In this document: in pieces, positions 57,365 to 64,000 of the stretch | Layout of the letters: each line of letters opens with the position of its first letter | Position numbering within the stretch: the first letter of the stretch is position 1 | Source: Octopus vulgaris | Taxonomy: Eukaryota | NCBI GenBank assembly: GCA_951406725.2 | Contig: OX597815.1 | Coordinates: forward strand, 142,910,001-142,974,000 | DNA: 64,000 nucleotides | Direction: 5' to 3' | Program-made: the position numbers and the translations under genes | Notes under the pieces: generated by a model | Told to the model about the DNA's origin: nothing | Seen by the model: the letters and a program-made list of their open reading frames with translations, nothing else | The model's database searches: none

Positions 57365-58720
57365 TTTGTCACTTAAAGCCACACTACATTTTGCGGTAGC
57401 TAATATTATTTAATATTATTTAACGAAGTTTCCACTATAAGATTCTTTCCAATGAGCACATTCTTTCAAACCCAGTTAATTTATACTTTTACTTTAAAAT
57501 AACTGAGATATATTGATTCAAAATCAATCTTTTGCCTTACTTTACCAATTTTGACCTCACATATTTTTCCCTATCTTTTTTTACTAATGAACCATAATGA
57601 ACCAAATTTCAATTATTTTATTCCAAATGTAGCTTAAGACTGGACTATCACTGCTAAAGTAAGACACATTCAATTTGGTTGAGAACTGACTCAAGACTAT
57701 AAAAGTGCTTGTGACTTCAAGACTATAATCATCCATTGTCGTACGTCAATGATAGGAAACAGAATTCAATTTGTTTGAGAACTGACGTACTGATGAAGCT
57801 TAGAAATGCTCAGGATTGACTAAATATTGACCTTAACAATATATTCCCCAACTGCCGTGGATAAATACTATATGTAAACTAGCATTGAAGCACCGAGTGA
57901 GTTGGCAGTTTATAGACTATAAAGGAAACTCTCGAACGCAGAATAAATGTCAAAACAGCTAAGAAGATCGAGGAAAAAAGATGGCCCAGCACACCACTAT
58001 AGGAAACCGTATCCTGCACCTCAAATGCCGGCTAAGCGCTATGCATCATTAAGTGTATACACCATCAAATACTGTTAAACCATCAAGTACTGTTACGCTA
58101 TACACCATCAAATACTGTTCTTTGTAGCGCTAAATATTTTTAAACGACAAAAGTAATTTGATTTGTTTAAATGATCAACTTTTTTTCGTCACTTAAAAGC
58201 CACACTACATTTTTGTAGCTAACAATTTTTGACCTGATTTTCTCTATAAGATCTCTTCTCTTTGAGCAATTTTATTTGAACACAAATAGCCTATAGCTTA
58301 GATATTTTGATTCAAATTAAATTTTGTGGGTTATTTACCATTTTTTCGTCATTTAAAGTTATACTGCTTTTTTCATAGTCATATTTTTTAATGGAATTTT
58401 CACCAAAGGATTATTTTCAGTGAGCGAATTCTTTCAGCCCCATTAATCTATAATTTTGTATTAAAATAACCGAGATATTTTGATTCAAAGTCAATTTTTC
58501 ACGTTACTCTCCCATCTTTGACCTCACTTATATTGATCTTACTTTTTTCTACTCAACCAAATTTAAATTATTCTCTCTCCAAATGTAGCTTAGGGATGGA
58601 CTATCGTTGCTAAAGTAACTGTATTCAATTTGGTTGAGAAATGACTTAGTAGTGAAACCTAGAAATCCTTACGATTGACTAAAAGTTAATCCTCAGAATA
58701 CATTCATCCGCTGCCTGCTG
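57365..58720. repeat. Diverged direct duplication with ~160-bp sub-repeats
   Basis: ~57365-57860 recurs at ~58345-58715, with another partial unit at ~58188-58345 (cacttaaa.gccacactacatttt, gatatt.tgattcaaa, ccaaatgtagctta, attcaatttggttgagaa). Confidence 0.75.
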
Positions 58721-58725
58721 AGAAG

Positions 58726-58800
<75 letters not shown>

Positions 58801-58803
<3 letters not shown>

Positions 58804-59310
58804 ATACAGTGTACATTTAAACACATAAGGACTCTATAACCACAAAATTAGGGATAAAATTCGGCAGGAACGAAATGAAAAATAAAAACATTTTACCATC
58901 TAGTTTCCTGGACCAATTGGTTTCTGATTTTAGTTTAGCGAGTAAATGAATAACATATACACTCGCCAGGTGAAATCGTCTTCAGCAGGAACACGAGGCG
59001 ATCAAACTAAGTGCCCCTTGTTTATACATCCTAACCTTTTCAAAATCTACTGCGCAGCCGCAGTCCTTCGCCAGCAATTTAAAGATGCCAACTTTTAAAA
59101 ACCGAAAATAATCCAAAAACTTACAATATTTAATCATATCAAAGGGAAATGGAAATTAATTAAAATTTACATTTCCAAAAGACTATGTATTTGTCATAAG
59201 ATACAGTGTACATTAAAACACATAAGTAATTCACTCATAGGATTCAACACGCTAGAAAGAACAGCTAGGTTCTATAACCACAAAATTAGGGATAAAATTC
59301 GACAGGAATT
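58801..59310 (-). mobile_element. PLE-derived partial tandem element (family F) in (TA)n
   Basis: The terminal segment 58801-58870 is repeated directly at 59198-59310. Canonical HHR between them; (TA)n on both sides. Confidence 0.8.
58905..58991 (-). ncRNA. Type-I hammerhead ribozyme, canonical core
   Basis: UUCCUG CUGAAGA c GAUUU..GCGAGU..ACUCGC..AAAUC a GAA ACC AAUU GGU C CAGGAA: 6-bp stem I, extended stem II, GUC triplet. Confidence 0.85.
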
Positions 59311-59345
59311 ATATATAAGTATATATATATATATATATATATATA

Positions 59346-59813
59346 AACTCTATATTTGGAAGAACTCATTTTAAACTATGTTGGACTTTTGGACTTTACT
59401 CATAGGATATTGAAATTTTGCATGTATACCATTATGCCTAAAAAATGGGTTTACAACTTTAATACCCATACGTACCTTGCATCTATTTTCTTTCCTCCAA
59501 CTCACTCTCTATTTTATATCACATCTAAACTAACTATGACTTAACTATCCTCTCACACCATCTCCGATGAAGAGATATTAATAAATATCCTAGAAACAGC
59601 TGTAAGACCTATCTATAAATGCTCTAATATCTACACAGACTTGATTTGTTATCTTATTACGCAACTAATTCTTATATACACACGCTGACTTAGAACCAAC
59701 ATTGAACTCTTTATTCGCAATATTACCGAATCTGGAACATAACTATAGTCTGTCTATAGCACTTATTCAGCATTACCTGACACCTTTGGGTCTCAATGGC
59801 ACCATTATCTCTT
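59346..59813 (+). mobile_element. PLE pseudo-LTR, family C relative, with HHR at 59561-59607
   Basis: UCU CCGAUGA ag..a GAA AC AGCU GU A AGA. The tail aactatagtctgtc.a.agcactta..cattacctg..caccatta.ctct is shared with 52850-52922. Confidence 0.75.
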
Positions 59814-59870
59814 ATATAAAGAGAGAGAGAGCGAGAGAGGAAGAAATTTATTAATATTTGGGTAATCCTA

Positions 59871-59972
59871 AGGCGGTGAGCAGGTAGAATCGTCTTTGGG
59901 TTCTGTGCTCAAGTTCCACAGATTTCGACTTTACCTTTCATCCTTTCGAATCCGATAAAATAAGTACCAATT
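59871..59972 (+). mobile_element. Deleted SINE (21871 family)
   Basis: aggcggtgagc.gg.agaatcgt...tcgacttt.cctttcatccttt..gataaaataagtacca. Confidence 0.65.
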
Positions 59973-61138
59973 GAGAAGCCCGAACAGCTTGTGTGTATAT
60001 TAATTTCTAAGGCCAGTCATGTGACTATTCTCTACCAATGAAATCCCATTCAAAGCATACATTAATATAAGCCACGAACTCCCTATAAAAATAAGGCAAA
60101 CTGCAAACACTAGTCAGAAGCAAGACATATGCGTCATAAGCCACGTCTTCCTATTTGAACGTTTGAAAATCAGTGTAAACTGTGAAACCGGTTAAAGCTT
60201 TAGATATATTAATAAAAAATATTTCAACTATTCTCAGTTCATTTTCCACCTCTATTTTCCCCATATATATATGTGTGTGTGTGTGTGTGTGAAAGAGGGA
60301 GAGGGAGAAACAGAGACAGGCAGATGGACGGGCGGACAGACTGAGAGACAGAGGGAAGAGAGAATCAAAAGGTAAGAGCTACGCGTTTATTTTCTAAATG
60401 CTTTTAGTTATATGTATCAATATATCCCTTTGTATTTCTATGTGTATCTATATCCCTATATATGCATTCATATATATCAAGCCTAATCGTGTTTATCTGC
60501 ATCGCTATCTCTCTCTCTCCAACGGTACACACGCGGTCACACGAATGAACATGGAATTGCTCCTAGACATTCCCCACCCCACCCCCGAAGCGCAAGTCCG
60601 AGCAAGATTGCTTATAGAAGACCATCTATACAATTTCCGTCTATTCAGTTTCACTCACAAAGAATGGCTTCATTCGAGTTTACAGAAAATGTTACTTGCC
60701 CAAAACGTCAAAAAGTAAGAACGAACGTGTTACCTTTTGTTTGCAAAGCGAACTGTTTAATCATTTGACAATACTGCACCAATATATACATAAATTGGGG
60801 CCCTGTGATATGTAACACACTGCCTTCATATCAATCGTGAGAAATTAGGCTTCTCAAAAACTGGATGGAGAAAGCTAATTCGAAGACTACAGATCCAATC
60901 CGTTACTGGTACTGTAAACATTTGTAAAATTTTCCAGAAGTTTATCGTTTAAACATATATATGCATGTCTAGATATGTAAGTATATGCATGAAAATACAT
61001 ACATAAAATACATACATACATACATACACACATACACATACATACACACACACACATACATAAAATACATACATACCTAAATACATACATACATACATAC
61101 ATACATACATACATACATACATACATACATACATACAT

Positions 61139-61246
61139 AAAAAATACCCAGTTGTTGATGTTGAAATTCCAATGAAGGAACCTTGGATCTAGGTTAGAAA
61201 CCGGTTCTTTCTCTATTAGCAAGAAATCTTGAAATAAACTGAATAA
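61139..61246 (+). mobile_element. (CATA)n-associated mini-element (family B) with HHR-like scaffold
   Basis: CCAAUGA agg AACC..GGUU a GAA AC CG GU U, with palindromic ACCGGU; it follows a long (CATA)n. Confidence 0.65.
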
Positions 61247-62244
61247 GGACATAGACAGTCAGGCAGAGAGACAGGCAGACAGAGAGACAGGCAGACATAC
61301 ATATAGATAGAGAGACAGAGATATGCATACGTGTTATAGCTTCAACAATTGGTTTAATTAGTCAAAGACACCACAAGAGCGACATTTATATCACTTCAAT
61401 CCTAATTGAATCTTAAAAGAGGCCAAACAAGGTACCTATTTTTAACTTAAATATATTCCTACACGAATATAACTTTTAATTCGCTTCCTAAAGAAAATTG
61501 TTTCCTGCATTTTCCGGAACTTTTCATTGGGTTAAATAATTACCATTTCATTCATAAACGAAACCTTAAGAGAAACTTCTCTTATAAGTGTTACCGTTAA
61601 TGGTCTCGGGAAGTAAGATTTTGTTTTACTTGTTGTTGTTGTTGGTGCTGGTGGTAGGTGTGGTGGTAGGTGTGGTGGTGGTGGCATCGGCGGCGGCGGT
61701 ACTAAAGTTCGTGGTCGAGGGTGTGAATATTACATAAAAACTGTAGAAAAGCTGAAAGATTTCTGTTATTTAGAAAGATCGATGACCCATATGAGACTGT
61801 CTATTGGATTATCGCTGACCATTCTCCTTAATTGGTGTCTTTCGTGGTCACGGATTCAAAAACTACTGAAGAAAAACTATAATAACATAAGAGAAAAAAA
61901 ACCTAGATCGAATAAACAACTGGAAAATAACTGAGAGAAAATTTAAATCAATTGGCTATGTGATTTGAAGAAAGTTCTTGTATAAGTTATGCATTATATT
62001 CACAATTTGATGGTAATTTAGGAATTCACATAGTTGTGCGCGCACTAATTTGATAGAATTTGCTGGAGAGATTCAGTTTATTTTGGCACAGAACCAACTT
62101 GGGAATATAGGTCCTAGGAACCAGTCATTGTTTGGAGCTAACGCAAAGATTCTGGTGTTTCGTATCATTGTTTAATTCTTGGAAATTTAAGCCAATACTA
62201 GATTGAAAGTCTATTATAATTATGTTAACAGATTTAACTACGTG

Positions 62245-62283
<39 letters not shown>

Positions 62284-62789
62284 ATACATGTCTGCGTGTG
62301 TGTATGTGTGTGCTAATTTGAATGCGTGTGTGTTATACGTGTCTAAATATCTGTTGGGGGATGTTTTTACCATAAAATATCACACATTACATCGGAGAAA
62401 GGTCATAACAAAAGTTTTAGAAACGTCTCAGACACAAATGTCCAGACTGTCACCGGTGATATAGATGTTGGTCAAATGCCAGGAAATTCAGCTGACAAGT
62501 TCATAGTTACTCTCAGGAAAAGTTTAATAATAATTATTTAATCTTCTATGTGTTTTTAAAATAGAATCGAACACTACAAAACGCACAAGCAAAACAAACA
62601 TTGGCACATTTATTTATTTATGTGTGTGTGCGTGGAGAGAGAAAGAGAGAGGAGATGATAATGGCTTTACATTGACGATGCCATTAAACGAACACGTACA
62701 CACTCATTTTTGAGTAGAATGATATCATTTTCTCAAAGCTCAGTCTGCCTGAGTCGCTACTCGGAATTTCTAGTTGTTAATTATTCGGA

Positions 62790-64000
<1,211 letters not shown>

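Noticed and set aside
57365-58720. CRISPR-like array
   Set aside because: The units are long and diverged with no constant repeat and unique spacers; the context is eukaryotic and there are no cas genes.

Overview
This is AT-rich, microsatellite-saturated eukaryotic non-coding DNA. The SINE and microsatellite repertoire resembles an Octopus/cephalopod genome (inference from recognition, not a database result). I find no intact host gene, RNA gene or CRISPR array; most listed ORFs are simple-repeat artefacts or antisense to transposons. The window is a transposon graveyard: a near-complete R4/Dong-type RLE LINE in (TAA)n with further stacked fragments, RTE and CR1-like LINE remnants, tRNA-derived SINEs, Helitron pieces (one non-autonomous copy with a provable empty site), and mariner, piggyBac and gypsy relics. 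The most striking signal is about 6 families of Penelope-like (PLE) derived elements in (TA)n/(CATA)n tracts. They carry type-I hammerhead ribozyme (HHR) motifs with palindromic stem III, inverted or tandem pseudo-LTRs and GIY-YIG remnants. Two ~100-nt mini-insertions begin exactly at the predicted ribozyme cleavage site. All coordinates and alignments were read by eye.
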